The notes beneath the pieces were generated by a model. The model was given only the letters and a program-made list of their open reading frames with translations, was not told the DNA's origin and did not search any database. DNA of 64,000 bases from an uncultured Pseudomonadota bacterium (lineage in GTDB: Bacteria; Myxococcota_A; Polyangia; Fen-1088), in NCBI GenBank assembly GCA_963847705.1, contig CAWKBC010000021.1, forward strand, positions 128,001 through 192,000, written 5' to 3'. A program made the position numbers and the translations under genes. Below, one piece after another: positions 19,870-30,406 of this stretch (its first letter is position 1; every line of letters begins with the position of its first letter).

Positions 19870-21237
19870 TCAGCGCAGCGCGAGACAGCGGGCGATCAGT
19901 CCGAAGCGGGCCGCGAAGGGAAGCGCCTGGGCCAGGATGATCACGTGCGCCAGGGCGCTGGCCCCCTGGGTGGCGACGGTGCCGGCGGCGCGCGACCACG
20001 ACCACTTCAAGGTGTGGTCGGCGCTCTCCCGGCGAGCGGCGGGTGCGTCGCGCGTGTCACGGAGGTCCCGGTAAAACAGGCAGCCGCAGACCAACAGACC
20101 CTGGACCAGGAAGTAGACGGTCTGGTCGCGCCAGCCGCCGAGGCCGATCGTCCAGTACTTGGAGCCGAACCAGCCGGTGTGGAGGAGCAGGGCGCTGGCG
20201 AGAAAGGTCAGAAGGACATTGCGGATGCGGTGCCGCTGCTTGCCGCCGAGCGGGAAGTAGACCAGCGTCAGGAGCAGCTTGCGGTTGTAGATCCCCCAGC
20301 GCCGCCAGAGCTCCACCGGGTTCCAGGCGAGGAGCGCATAGCGGAACGGAGAGGCCATCGGCCAACCGTAAAGGCGCGCCAGCAAGATCGCGACGTCCGA
20401 CGTTCCCGAGAGGGTGACGACCAGATCGAGGTAGTTGATCGACACGATCCCCCACAGCTCGGCGCGGGAGAGGGCCGCCATCCGCACCGGGTCGAGGGCC
20501 GCGTAGCTGGCCCGGCCGAGAAAACGCCCGATCGCGGTGTGAACGGCGGCCTTGAGGGCGACCAGCAGCAGCCCTGCGCCGATGCCGCGGACGTCGAGGC
20601 GCCGCGGGCGAAAGACGTCGCCCGGCGAGAAGACCAACGGGTTGAGCGCGTGGCCCGGGAACAGATACATGACCCCCCAGGCGAGGGGAGAGTCCGTCGT
20701 CGCCGCGGGCGGCAGCCGGCCGTCGCGACGGGTGCGCCACCAGCAGGCGGTCACGAACAGCGCCAGCACCAGGCTGGGCTCGTTGAGCCAGGCGTAGACG
20801 GCGGGGTGGTGGTAGTGGCTGGCGAAGAGATGCTTGGGCAGCCAGATCGCCAGCAGGCCGAGCAGGCCGGCCAGCGCCCAGGTTCCGTTGCGGGCGAGAA
20901 ACAGCAACCCCACCAGCGCCGCATGGTAGAGGGCGTAAGGCCGGTTCGCCGCCGCGAGCGCCAGCAGACCGGTCAGCGCGGTGACCTCGAAGGCGCGCGC
21001 CGGCATGAGGTGAACCGCCAGCGCCCCCAGCGCCAGCAGCGCCAGCGTCGGCGCCGCCGCACGGATCCCCAGCAGCGGGCCCAGCGTCGCCACCGCGCCG
21101 ATCGCGGCGGCCACCACCCCGAGCAACGCGAGCGAGCGAAATGCCGCGAGGCCGGTGACCGCGTTCCACCAGGGGACCGGGGCGGCTTCCGCCGTGGCCG
21201 TCGCTCCGCCACCTTCGACCTCGCGCCAGATCTTCAT
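19870..21237 (-). CDS. MBOAT-family membrane O-acyltransferase-like protein
   Basis: Multi-TM; LSG.SD.AI..ARLYG, FRY.LLA.NPVELWRRW, VYFPLGG, conserved His in LLHTG. Confidence 0.75.
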   Translation of the reverse strand: MKIWREVEGGGATATAEAAPVPWWNAVTGLAAFRSLALLGVVAAAIGAVATLGPLLGIRAAAPTLALLALGALAVHLMPARAFEVTALTGLLALAAANRPYALYHAALVGLLFLARNGTWALAGLLGLLAIWLPKHLFASHYHHPAVYAWLNEPSLVLALFVTACWWRTRRDGRLPPAATTDSPLAWGVMYLFPGHALNPLVFSPGDVFRPRRLDVRGIGAGLLLVALKAAVHTAIGRFLGRASYAALDPVRMAALSRAELWGIVSINYLDLVVTLSGTSDVAILLARLYGWPMASPFRYALLAWNPVELWRRWGIYNRKLLLTLVYFPLGGKQRHRIRNVLLTFLASALLLHTGWFGSKYWTIGLGGWRDQTVYFLVQGLLVCGCLFYRDLRDTRDAPAARRESADHTLKWSWSRAAGTVATQGASALAHVIILAQALPFAARFGLIARCLALR

Positions 21238-21456
21238 CGCGGCAGGACCTGGCGGGCCGTTCGTCCGAGCTGTGCCCAGCGCCCCAACATCTGCCGGCGA
21301 CCATACGAACGTTGTTCGACCGAACGCCTTCGATCCGGTGAGGCGCAGGTTTCAATCGTGCAAGGAGATGCGCACGGCTCGAGTTGTCGGGCCGCGGTCG
21401 TCGATCAGGGCACGCGCGACGACACCATTCGTCGCATTTGACACGCCATCGTCACG

Positions 21457-22695
21457 TCATCCGCCTCGTCGGATCTCGGGAGGGTGAAAGCGGATCTCGA
21501 AGGTGTGCTGGATGCGGTCGCGACAGATGACGGCCCCGGTCGACAGTTCGATGCTCTGGGGGACCGGCGTGCGGCGTTCCTGGTAGACGGCGTGGTAGCC
21601 GCGCTCGGCCAGGACGTCCAGCACCATGTCGACCGCGGTGGCGTCCTCGAAGCGCGCGCTGTCGGTCTTCACCACGCACCGGCCCGCCAGGACATGGCGC
21701 AGGATCACCGGGACGACGGAGTCCTCGATGAAGGCAGCGACCTCCTTGAAGAGCGGCGCCGAGGCGTGCTCGTAGGAGTCGAGGCGGCGCACCAGCTCCT
21801 GCCGGGCGTGCAGGGTCAGCTCGGAGGCGAGAGGGATGCCGTGGATGATGTCGAAGGTCGACTGGCCGAGCTCGAGCGAGCTTTGGTACTGGAACTCGGC
21901 GTTGATGCTCCTCTCAACGTCGGCCAGCGGCGCGTCGGCGTTGACGAAGTGATAGTGAAAGTTCTTTCGGAGGCTGGTCAGGGCGTCGTAGGTCAGCTCC
22001 TTGAACGTCCGGTAGCGATTCCGGGCCAGCGTCTCGTCGACGTCGGTGGGGCGCAGCTCCATGAGGGTCCCCTCGCCGGTCCGCTGCACCTTCTCGTTGT
22101 GGGCGCGAATCTCGCGGCCGCGGCTCAGTTGCCGCTCCACCGAAGTCTGCTCGCCCACGAACAGCACGGTGATCCGGAAGATGGGGCGCCGAAACCGCTT
22201 GCCGGTGGGCGTCCCCCAGTAGAGGGCCCGCAGCTGCAGGATCTGGTCGTGCAGCAGCTTCACCGCCTCGGCCTGAACCTTCGTACGTGGAAACCCGTCG
22301 ACGACGACGCCCGTCTGGTAGGCCGGCTCCAGCAGCTTGCGCAAGAGCGCCTCGATCACCTCGCGATCGCCGACGAACTGTCCGCGATCCTTCAGCGCGC
22401 GCATCTCGGGCGTGTCGAGCAGATCACTCACCACGATCGGCGCGGCGGTCAGACCGCGCTCGCGCAGGATGAAGGGCGTGTTGGTCCCCTTCCCCGATCC
22501 AGGCGCGCCGCCCAGCCACATGATCTCCTTGGGGAAGACCATGTTCTCGAGGCCGCGCTCTTGCACCAGGCGGTTCCAGACCTGCCCGAAGATCAAAGGC
22601 GCGTCTTTGATCTCCAGCTCGGGAGAGGCGACGCGGCCGGCGCCGGTGTCGGTGGGAGCGCCTGCGGGCGGAGATTCTGGATCGGACGTCGACAT
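21457..22695 (-). CDS. Extended adenylate/nucleoside monophosphate kinase-like protein
   Basis: GGAPGSGKGT, VVVDGFPRT..QA; ~410 aa. Confidence 0.8.
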   Translation of the reverse strand: MSTSDPESPPAGAPTDTGAGRVASPELEIKDAPLIFGQVWNRLVQERGLENMVFPKEIMWLGGAPGSGKGTNTPFILRERGLTAAPIVVSDLLDTPEMRALKDRGQFVGDREVIEALLRKLLEPAYQTGVVVDGFPRTKVQAEAVKLLHDQILQLRALYWGTPTGKRFRRPIFRITVLFVGEQTSVERQLSRGREIRAHNEKVQRTGEGTLMELRPTDVDETLARNRYRTFKELTYDALTSLRKNFHYHFVNADAPLADVERSINAEFQYQSSLELGQSTFDIIHGIPLASELTLHARQELVRRLDSYEHASAPLFKEVAAFIEDSVVPVILRHVLAGRCVVKTDSARFEDATAVDMVLDVLAERGYHAVYQERRTPVPQSIELSTGAVICRDRIQHTFEIRFHPPEIRRGG

Positions 22696-22829
22696 GGGGA
22701 GCACCAGACTAGTGAATCGGACGTCCGATGGGGCGGGAAAGCTCCGGACTTTGGCCCTCTTGGCGCCTCGGTCGACTTTCGCGCCGCCGAACCTCTAGCC
22801 CAGACGTTCGAAGATACATACCTTCCAGT

Positions 22830-23153
22830 ATGGCCAATTGGAAAATGGGACTTGCAGGGTTGGCTCTTTCGAGCCTCGGGATGTCGGCGCTGGTCGGTTC
22901 GACGGCACAAGCTGCGGTGGTCGTGATTCACGGCGGGCGCGACGAGCCGCCGCCCGTGCGCGAAGAGCGGGTGGTGGAGCGTCCGGGCTACGTCTACGAC
23001 CGTGGCCACTACGGCTGGCGGCACCACCGCTACGTCTGGACGCGCGGTCGTTACGTGCACCAGCGCCGCGGCTACGAGTGGGCCCCCGGCCGCTGGGAGC
23101 GGCACGAGGACCACTACGACTGGCACGACGGCGAGTGGCACCCGCACCGCTAA
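22830..23153 (+). CDS. Secreted YXWGXW/WXXGXW-repeat protein
   Basis: Signal peptide; PPP.R.E..RPGYVY.RGHY.W, YVWTRGRY, WAPGRW, WHDGEW. Confidence 0.85.
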   Translation: MANWKMGLAGLALSSLGMSALVGSTAQAAVVVIHGGRDEPPPVREERVVERPGYVYDRGHYGWRHHRYVWTRGRYVHQRRGYEWAPGRWERHEDHYDWHDGEWHPHR

Positions 23154-23331
23154 CCGCAGACCTGCAGCCACACCTCCGGTGCGACGCACCATTGCCAGTG
23201 CGATCGCACCGGCGGCGAGGCCCGCCTGGGTTTGCGCTCCGTAGGTCCTAGGCAAATCACGCGGTTCCTCGGCAGGCGGCGCGAGCTTCTGGCCAGCGCG
23301 CGCTTATGCTGGGAGGTGTGAGGAAGCCTTG

Positions 23332-23955
23332 ATGCCGGACAGACCGCGCCACTTCTCGATGATCCGTGAGTTTCAGCTGGCCGATCTGGTCACGCTGCTG
23401 AACGGGTTCCTGGGCGCCGGCGCGCTGCTCGCCTTCATGCGCTTCGCCGTCGATCGAGAGATCGCCTTCTTCTGGCTGGGGACGGCGCTCTTGCCGGTCG
23501 CGCTGCTCATGGACACGCTCGACGGACGGATCGCGCGCGGGCAGGGGATGGCCTCGCCGCTCGGGCAGGAGCTCGACTCCCTGGCCGACGTCGTCTCCTT
23601 CGGCGTGGCCCCGGCGGCCATGGCGTTCGCGGCGGGGATGCGCGGAGGGTGGGACGCGCTCTGCCTCATCTACTTCGTCGGCTGCGGCATCAGCCGGCTG
23701 GCCCGCTACAACGTCACGGCCGCCCAGCTGGCAGACCCCACCGGAAAGGTGACCCACTTCGAGGGTCTCCCCATCCCGACCAGCCTGCTCCTGGTGATGA
23801 CCCTGGCCATCCTCGCCGGCCTCGGCCACTGGCAGGACCACCTCCCCCTGGGGGTGGTGACCCTGGCCGGATTCCGCTTCCACCCGTGGAGTCTGGTCTA
23901 CGTGTTGTGGGGAAGCGGGATGATCAGCAAGACGCTTCGGATCCCGAAGCCCTGA
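23332..23955 (+). CDS. CDP-alcohol phosphatidyltransferase (PssA-like)
   Basis: D.LDG.IAR....S.LG.ELDSLAD motif; RLARYN; F.GLP.P. Confidence 0.9.
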   Translation: MPDRPRHFSMIREFQLADLVTLLNGFLGAGALLAFMRFAVDREIAFFWLGTALLPVALLMDTLDGRIARGQGMASPLGQELDSLADVVSFGVAPAAMAFAAGMRGGWDALCLIYFVGCGISRLARYNVTAAQLADPTGKVTHFEGLPIPTSLLLVMTLAILAGLGHWQDHLPLGVVTLAGFRFHPWSLVYVLWGSGMISKTLRIPKP

Positions 23956-23986
23956 GCGGGACCGGCGCCGAGCTGCGCCGGCGACA

Positions 23987-25204
23987 TCACTTGGCCACGA
24001 CGGTGAGGGTCGTGAAGTCGATGGTCCCGCTGTTGTTCTGCCCCTCGACCAGGAACCGGGTCTCTTCGAGGTTCCCCAGCTGCAGGCCCAGGCTGGCCCA
24101 CTCGGCGAAGTGCTTGGAGATGGAGATGTGTCCGCAGCTGCGTGGCGTCTGGTTGACGCTCCAGTACTGCACGAAGGTCGCGTTGGTGCCGGTGATGTTG
24201 GGTTGGTTCGTCTGCGTGTTCGTCATGACGTCGTAGGTCCCCTCGCCGTCGATGGTGAAGGTCCCCACCTTCGTGAAGTTGGGCTTCTTCCCGAGCCAGT
24301 TCTCCGCGATGTAGTACTCGTGCAGCGGGTTGACCGACCACCCGTAGATGCCGACGTTTCCAAATCCGCCGCTCGTGATGCCCGTCGTCGTGTACGCGAA
24401 GTCCGACGAAAAGGTCCCCAGCTGGGAGTACGTCTTGGTCTTGTCAAACGCCAGACCGACGCGGGCGATCCAGTCACCGACATTGGTCCAGCTCGCCTTG
24501 AAAGCCGCCCCGACGCCGTAGACGGTGATGCACCCGGACCCTTGTCCGTCTGACCAGAGATCATAGGTGTAGCCGCCGCCCGCGCTTCCGTCGGACGTCG
24601 AGCAGTATTGCTTGCCGCCGGTCAACGGGGTGACCGTCGGGCAGGGGTTCGCGGTGCCGCCCGCTCCGCCGCTGGCGCCGCCGGCGCCCGCGGAGCCACC
24701 TGTCCCGGTGTGGCCGCCGCCCGCGCCCGCGAAGCCGCCGGTGCCAGTGCCACCGCCGCTGCCGCTGGAGGCGCCGGTGCCAGTGGAGCCGCCGGCGCCG
24801 GTGTGGGCGCCACCCGCGCCCGCGGAACCTCCCGTTCCGGTGATCCCACCGGTGCTGCTGGCGCCGCCGGTTCCCGTGAAGCCGCCGCTGCCGACCACAC
24901 CGCCGGAGCCAATGACACCGCCGGAGCCGGTGACGCCGCCCGAGCCGGTGACGCCGCCCGAGCTCGTGACGCCGCCCGAGCTCGTGACGCCGCCCGAGCT
25001 CGTGACGCCGCCCGAGCTCGTGACGCCGCCCGAGCTCGTGACGCCGCCGGTTCCGTTCCCGCCGGTCGACCCGCCAGGTGATCCGCCAGTGGAGGTGTCG
25101 CCACCGCTCCCCGAGCTGGCGCAGCCCGCGAGCGTCGCCGCGGCCAGACAACCAGCGATGGCAACGGGCGACCACCAGGGACCACGGCGCGGGCGGATCA
25201 GCAT
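23987..25204 (-). CDS. GH11 endo-xylanase lipoprotein with Gly-rich linker
   Basis: LAGC lipobox; YGWS.NPL.EYYI.ENW, TF.QYWSV, HF.EW..LG, VEG. Confidence 0.92.
   Translation of the reverse strand: MLIRPRRGPWWSPVAIAGCLAAATLAGCASSGSGGDTSTGGSPGGSTGGNGTGGVTSSGGVTSSGGVTSSGGVTSSGGVTSSGGVTGSGGVTGSGGVIGSGGVVGSGGFTGTGGASSTGGITGTGGSAGAGGAHTGAGGSTGTGASSGSGGGTGTGGFAGAGGGHTGTGGSAGAGGASGGAGGTANPCPTVTPLTGGKQYCSTSDGSAGGGYTYDLWSDGQGSGCITVYGVGAAFKASWTNVGDWIARVGLAFDKTKTYSQLGTFSSDFAYTTTGITSGGFGNVGIYGWSVNPLHEYYIAENWLGKKPNFTKVGTFTIDGEGTYDVMTNTQTNQPNITGTNATFVQYWSVNQTPRSCGHISISKHFAEWASLGLQLGNLEETRFLVEGQNNSGTIDFTTLTVVAK
24906..25049. repeat. 18-bp coding tandem repeat (GGVTSS)n in the xylanase linker
   Basis: About 5 near-exact copies of gagctcgtgacgccgccc plus 3 variants. 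Confidence 0.9.
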
Positions 25205-25357
25205 GATCTGAGCATTCCCGGGTCTGTCCGCCCGGATCAACTTCGCGTCAAGCGACTGTCGACGCCCGGCGCTTTTTTCACCCTCGGGGCAAACGCGAAC
25301 CTGGATTTCCGGTCTTCGACCGCGAGATCGTCGACCTGGCCGTCGCCGACCGGCAGG

Positions 25358-26794
25358 TCATGGGTGCAGCAGGGGCGATTCACCCAGCATCGGGAGGCTC
25401 GCGGCGGCCATCGCCTGGCCGTGGCGCTTCTCCTTCTCGCCCGGCATGGTCAGCTGCACGCGGGACGCGAGCTCCGGGAAATCAACCTGGAGCACCTCGC
25501 GCGCGATCTCGAGGATGATCGCGCCGCCTGGTCCGCTGGTCCCGCGCCCGAGCGCAAGGACGTGGCGGAAGTCGTAGACGCTCGCCAGGTGGGCGACCGC
25601 GTAGCCGAGGTAGACGCCCATAGTCTGGTAGACGTCCGCGGCGCGCGGATCGCCGACCGCCATCAGCGACTGCAACACCTTGAGCTGCGCGGGGAGCGGC
25701 AGCGTCGGCGACACGTCGATGTGCGCGGCCGGCAGCAGGCGGCCCACGGCCTGCTGCGACAGGTACTGCACGCAGCAGCCGAGATCGCCGGACCACTCGT
25801 CGCGTGGGGCGCCGGGGCGGTAATCGATGGGAACGAACGCGATCTCGTTGAGCCAGGGGGTGACCCGGCCGTCCGCCGTGACGTAGCCGCCCGCCGTGCT
25901 GGTGCCGAGCGCGATCCCCAGGACGCCGCCGTCGTGCAGCGACATCGAGCCCATCAGCGCGGTCACGTCTCCGTCGTTGACCACGTCGAAGGGGACGCCG
26001 TTCCAGGCGCGCTGCAGCTCGCGGAACATGTTCTTCACGCGACGCTCGAAGAGCGCCGGCGCCACGCCCCGGAACAGCGACGAGAACTTGACCTGGCTGT
26101 CGACGTAGACGCCCGCGGCGCTGCCGCCGATGGCGTCGACGCGGGGGAGGTGCGCGGCGGCGCGGCGGAGCGAGTCCATGATCCCGCTCCAGTGGTAGTC
26201 GGGGTCGGGCTGGTGGTACGGGTCCCACTCCCTCTCCTCGCTCCAGACGACGCGGCCGTCGATCAGCGCCGCCACCTTGCGATCGCTGCCGCCCAGGTCG
26301 AACCCGATGCGGCACCCTTCGAGATGCCCGCCCAGATCGGCCGTGCTCGAGCGCTCCGGCGGAAGGGCCGAGGTGGCCACCACCTCGATCGCCCGATCGT
26401 TGACGCACTCGCCAACGATCTCGGAGTCGAAGCGCCCGGTCGCGCTGTCGCGAAAGTGCCGGCGCAGCCTGTCAACGAGCTCGGCCGGCGCGTCGAGGTG
26501 GATGCGGAAGCCGCCGCGTGCCCAGAGCGCGAGCTTGACCAGGCGCTCGAGCATTCGGAAGTTGTCGTCGTCGGCCCCTCGCTCGCCCGCGGGGAGGAGA
26601 TCCGCCGAGAACCGAGAGACCGCGCCGTCGCGCTGCTCGAGCGCGAAGCCCGTCCGGACCGGCCGCCCGGTGTCACGCGCGTGCTGCTCGAACGCCCGCC
26701 AGGCAGAGGCGGCCGGCCGGAAGCTCCGGTCGAGGACCGGCACCACAGCGGGAACGGGCAAGACGAAACGCGGCACCGGATCGTGGTTCCTCAT
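25358..26794 (-). CDS. ROK family protein
   Basis: IGFDLGGSD, VVNDGDV, LGTS..GGY, W.NE. Confidence 0.8.
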   Translation of the reverse strand: MRNHDPVPRFVLPVPAVVPVLDRSFRPAASAWRAFEQHARDTGRPVRTGFALEQRDGAVSRFSADLLPAGERGADDDNFRMLERLVKLALWARGGFRIHLDAPAELVDRLRRHFRDSATGRFDSEIVGECVNDRAIEVVATSALPPERSSTADLGGHLEGCRIGFDLGGSDRKVAALIDGRVVWSEEREWDPYHQPDPDYHWSGIMDSLRRAAAHLPRVDAIGGSAAGVYVDSQVKFSSLFRGVAPALFERRVKNMFRELQRAWNGVPFDVVNDGDVTALMGSMSLHDGGVLGIALGTSTAGGYVTADGRVTPWLNEIAFVPIDYRPGAPRDEWSGDLGCCVQYLSQQAVGRLLPAAHIDVSPTLPLPAQLKVLQSLMAVGDPRAADVYQTMGVYLGYAVAHLASVYDFRHVLALGRGTSGPGGAIILEIAREVLQVDFPELASRVQLTMPGEKEKRHGQAMAAASLPMLGESPLLHP

Positions 26795-26929
26795 GATCAA
26801 GAACCTGGGGTCGCAACGGGCGCCTTCAAGTTGTCCAGGACGCGGCGGGTTGCTCGCGGATTGCAGCGCGCAGCCCGAGCCCAGGCCGAGCTCGGCCAGG
26901 CGTTCGGTCTCGCCCCGGCCGTCAGGCGC

Positions 26930-27544
26930 TCAGAAGGCGACCCACTGGCAGGTCCCGGTGGTGCTGGAGCAGAAGTTGTCCAGGCAGGTGCTGGTGGCCG
27001 CCCCGCAGTCGCTCGCGCGGGTGCAGCCCCGTTGCGCACAGCGGCCATCGGCGCCGCACGCGAAGTTGGTCGGGCAGGAGGCGCTGACGGCCGGATCGCA
27101 ACCGACGTTCGCGCAGTGATGATCGGCGCCGCAGCTCTGCGCGGCGCCGCAGTCGGCGTCGGTCAGACAGCCGGGGACGCACTGCAGGGCGCAGCCGCAC
27201 CAGGCGGCCTGGCAGATCTGCGGGGCTCCGCCGTCGGTCGCACAATCGGCGTCGGTCGCGCAGGGAGCGGCGGCGGGGCCGCAGATCCCACAGGAGGTCT
27301 GGCCGGGCGGAAGGCAGAGCTCTGAAAACAGGCCGCCGCCGCAGTCCGCGTTTTCGCGGCAGGCGCTCCCGATGTCGCTCGGGCCGCCCGCGCTCCCGCT
27401 CAGCCCGCCCGCGCGCGCGCCCGCGCTGCCGCCCGTCCCCGTTCCCGAGCCCCGCCCGCCCGCGCCGTTCGTCCCCAGCGCCTCCGAGCCGCACCCCGCG
27501 CCGAGAACCATCGCCACCGCCAGAAGCCCCCAAGCTCGAACCAT
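26930..27544 (-). CDS. Cys-rich lipoprotein
   Basis: LGAGC lipobox, Gly linker, repeated C..DADC modules. Confidence 0.75.
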   Translation of the reverse strand: MVRAWGLLAVAMVLGAGCGSEALGTNGAGGRGSGTGTGGSAGARAGGLSGSAGGPSDIGSACRENADCGGGLFSELCLPPGQTSCGICGPAAAPCATDADCATDGGAPQICQAAWCGCALQCVPGCLTDADCGAAQSCGADHHCANVGCDPAVSASCPTNFACGADGRCAQRGCTRASDCGAATSTCLDNFCSSTTGTCQWVAF

Positions 27545-27572
27545 GACCGGGATCGTATCAGCTCCGGGCGGT

Positions 27573-28563
27573 TCAGGGCCGTTTGCCTGGGCGTTTGCGC
27601 GAGACGGGCCTGCGGGTCGTCGCGGCGAGAGAATCCCTCCAGTCCTCGTCGGTGAGCAACCGCTCGAGGGCGGCGGTGGCCTCGCGCAGCGCGTGCGGCC
27701 GGTCGTGCAGCGTTCCCCACAGGTCACCGACCTCGGCGAGGCGGGCGGCCATCGTGCGAAGCGTGAACGTCTGGGGACCGACCGCGCCGCGCTCGATCTC
27801 CGGCCAGGCGCAGGGCGCCGAGACGGGCGCGCCGGGCTTGGGGCGCAGCGCGTAGGCCGCCGCGAAGGTGGCGCCCTGACCGTTGCGGCCGGTGTCGACG
27901 AAGATGCGCCCGCCGCGATCGGCCTTGATGAACTCCTGCGTGAACAGCGCAGGGTGGCGCTTCACCAGCACCGCGCCGGCGCCCTGCGAGAACCTCCGCA
28001 CCGGCTCGAAGTCGGCTTCGCCGTCGAGCGCGACCACGATGTGAAACCCCTTCGAGCCGGAGGTCTTGACGAAGCTCACCAGGCCGAGCTCGGCCAAAAG
28101 GTCGCGCACCGCCAGGGCCGCCAGGCGCAGCTCCGCGGGCGGGTCGCCCGAAGAATTCCGGGCAGAGCTCTCGGCGGGATCGAGATCGAACACGCAAAGA
28201 TCGGGGTGGTGCAGCTTCGGCACGCGCGAGGTCCAGACGTGCGGCGTGATCGCGTTTTGGTTCGCCATCCAGAGCAAGCGCCCGGGCATCGTCGATGAGC
28301 GGGTAGTGGACCGTGCCGTCTTCCTCGGTGCCAGAGCGCTTCGCGACCGCCACCCGCCGCAGCCAGGCGGGAAATCCCTTCGAGACGTCCTTTTGAATGA
28401 AACCCTTCTTGTCGATGCCGGCCGGGAAGCGCTCCATCGTCACCGGCCGCCCCGCGATGTGCGGCAACAGCACCGGCGCCACCGCCTCGTAGTAGGCGCA
28501 GACGTCGCCCTTGCTGATTCCGTCGGCCGGGAACAGCAGCTTCTCGGGGTGCGTGATCACCAC
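27573..28563 (-). pseudogene. ligD: LigD primase-polymerase domain protein (NHEJ), +1 frameshift near 28276
   Basis: ITHPEKLLFP..GISKGD..YY, RFPAGI, then after the shift FDLDP, KTSGSKGFH, R.GRIFVD, Y.LR..PGAPVSAP. Confidence 0.85.
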
Positions 28564-28587
28564 GGAGCGAGAGTCTACCCGTCGCCA

Positions 28588-28770
28588 GGTCGAGCTCGCC
28601 AAGGCCGCCAAGGACCGGCAGGAGCAAGCGCACCTGGATCCGGTGACCGCCGTCCTCGAGGCCTGCCGTCTCCGCCTGCGCCCCGTCCTCATGACCTCCA
28701 TCGCCTTCATCATGGGTGTCTGGCCGCTGGTCTCCTCGCACGGGGCTGGCGCCGAAATGCGCCGCGCCGT
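28588..28770 (+). pseudogene. AcrB/HAE1 RND transporter C-terminal fragment
   Basis: VELAK..AVLEACRLRLRPVLMTSIAFIMGVWPLV.S.GAGAEMRRA; ~60 codons only. Confidence 0.8.
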
Positions 28771-28863
28771 ACAGCCGATCGCCGAACCAGTTACCCCGAT
28801 CCTGGCGGAGGAGAGTCCGTGAATTGGTTCGCGCGCTTCGTCGCCGTCGATTATTTTCCTGAG

Positions 28864-29643
28864 GTGAGCACAGCGAAGAAGGTCTTCATCACGGGGTCGT
28901 CCGAGGGGCTCGGCTTGATGGCGGGCCGCCTGCTGACCGAGGAGGGGCACGTGGTGGTCCTCCACGCGAGGAATGAAGCACGCGCCAGGACCGCACGGGC
29001 GGCGCTGCCGCAAGCGGCGGCGGTTCTGGTTGGCGACGTCTCGACGCTGGAGGCCATGCGCGACGTCGCCCAGCAGGCGAACCGCTGGGGGCGGTTCGAT
29101 GCGGTGATTCACAACGTCGGAATCGGCTACCAGGAGCCGCGCCGGGTGGAGACCGCCGACGGGCTGTCACAGCTCTGGGCCGTCAACGTGCTCGCGCCTT
29201 ACGTCCTCACCGCGCTGATGCAGCGGCCCGACCGGCTGGTCTATCTCAGCTCGGGCATGCACACCGGCGGCGATCCGAGCCTCGACGACCTTCAGTGGTC
29301 CACCCGCCGCTGGAGCGGCAGCCAGGCCTACTCGGACACCAAGCTCCACGACGTGTTGCTCGCCTTCGGCGTCGCGCGGCGCTGGCCGGGCGTGCCGTCG
29401 AACGCGGTCAGCCCGGGGTGGGTGGCGACGCGCATGGGCGGTGCGGGCGCGCCCGACGACCTCGCCGAAGGCCCCCGGACTCAGGCCTGGCTGGCGGTCA
29501 GCGACGACCCGGGCGCGCGGGTGACCGGCCAGTACCTCTATCACCAGCGGCCCAAAGAGGTGAATCCGGCCGCGAAGGATCCCAAGCTCCAGGACCGCCT
29601 GCTCGACCACTGCCGCGAGGTCTCCGGCATCGCGCTGCCGTGA
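28864..29643 (+). CDS. SDR oxidoreductase
   Basis: ITGSSEGLG, HNVG, YSDTK, PGWVAT.MGG. Confidence 0.9.
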   Translation: MSTAKKVFITGSSEGLGLMAGRLLTEEGHVVVLHARNEARARTARAALPQAAAVLVGDVSTLEAMRDVAQQANRWGRFDAVIHNVGIGYQEPRRVETADGLSQLWAVNVLAPYVLTALMQRPDRLVYLSSGMHTGGDPSLDDLQWSTRRWSGSQAYSDTKLHDVLLAFGVARRWPGVPSNAVSPGWVATRMGGAGAPDDLAEGPRTQAWLAVSDDPGARVTGQYLYHQRPKEVNPAAKDPKLQDRLLDHCREVSGIALP

Positions 29644-29675
29644 GGACGGCGACATTCCCGGCGTCGAAGCTTTTC

Positions 29676-30109
29676 CTCGGGCGCGCGCCGGTGAAGATGT
29701 GCACGCGCGCGTTCATCCGGACGACACCCTCCTGCTGATGTCCGGCCAAGCGGGCGGTCAGTGATTGGCGCGCCCGCGTGAGCGCCCCGTCGCCGGCCTT
29801 GGCGAGCAGCTCGTCGAAGAACATGATGCCGAAGCGCGAGACCAGTCGCTCATACGGTTCCGGGGGCACCGCCCTGGCCATATCCGCCGCTTCGAAGGCG
29901 ATGGCCGCTTGCGCGGGGACGGCCCGCCGACGGGCGACTTCGATGAGAGCCGGCGAGATATCGAACCCGTGAACGACGCTTCCCGGCGGCGCCCGGCGCA
30001 GAATCTCCAGCGCCGTTCCGCCGCCGGAGAGGCCGGCGAGCCACTTCTCATCGTGCGCGGCGGCCCACTCAGAAGCGGCGGTGCCTGCGGGGTCTCCCGA
30101 GGTCGTCAC
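29676..30109 (-). pseudogene. Class I SAM methyltransferase remnant with two in-frame deletions
   Basis: W....EKW..LSG|GGTALEI..GFDISPALI..SRFGIMFFD|ELL..VHIFTGAR; motif I and the central block are missing. Confidence 0.7.
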
Positions 30110-30209
30110 GCGCCGACGCTGGCATGCGCTCGGCCCGGCAACGCGACTGCTTCCCAATCGCCCGCGATCCCCTTGCGGTGCGCTCGACCGTATCCACGAT
30201 ATCGACATC

Positions 30210-30380
30210 ATGGAATCTAGCCGACAGCCAACGCGCAGGTTGCGCACGATCGGCGTCAGCGCCGGGGTGATGGTCCTTGCCGTCGCCGCCCTTGTTTCCG
30301 GCTGCTATTACCGCGGTCGCCCGCCCGAATATGGGCATCGCGGCGGCTACTACGATCATCGCCACGACCGTCGCTATTAG
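30210..30380 (+). CDS. Small putative lipoprotein (56 aa)
   Basis: Hydrophobic VMVLAVAALVSGC lipobox, then a Y/R/G/H-rich tail. Confidence 0.55.
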   Translation: MESSRQPTRRLRTIGVSAGVMVLAVAALVSGCYYRGRPPEYGHRGGYYDHRHDRRY

Positions 30381-30406
30381 GGCGCCCCGCCGCCGACCCT
30401 CTCCGC

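Noticed and set aside
28066-29643. 525-aa fusion protein
   Set aside because: Only 28864 onward is SDR; the upstream part is antisense to ligD
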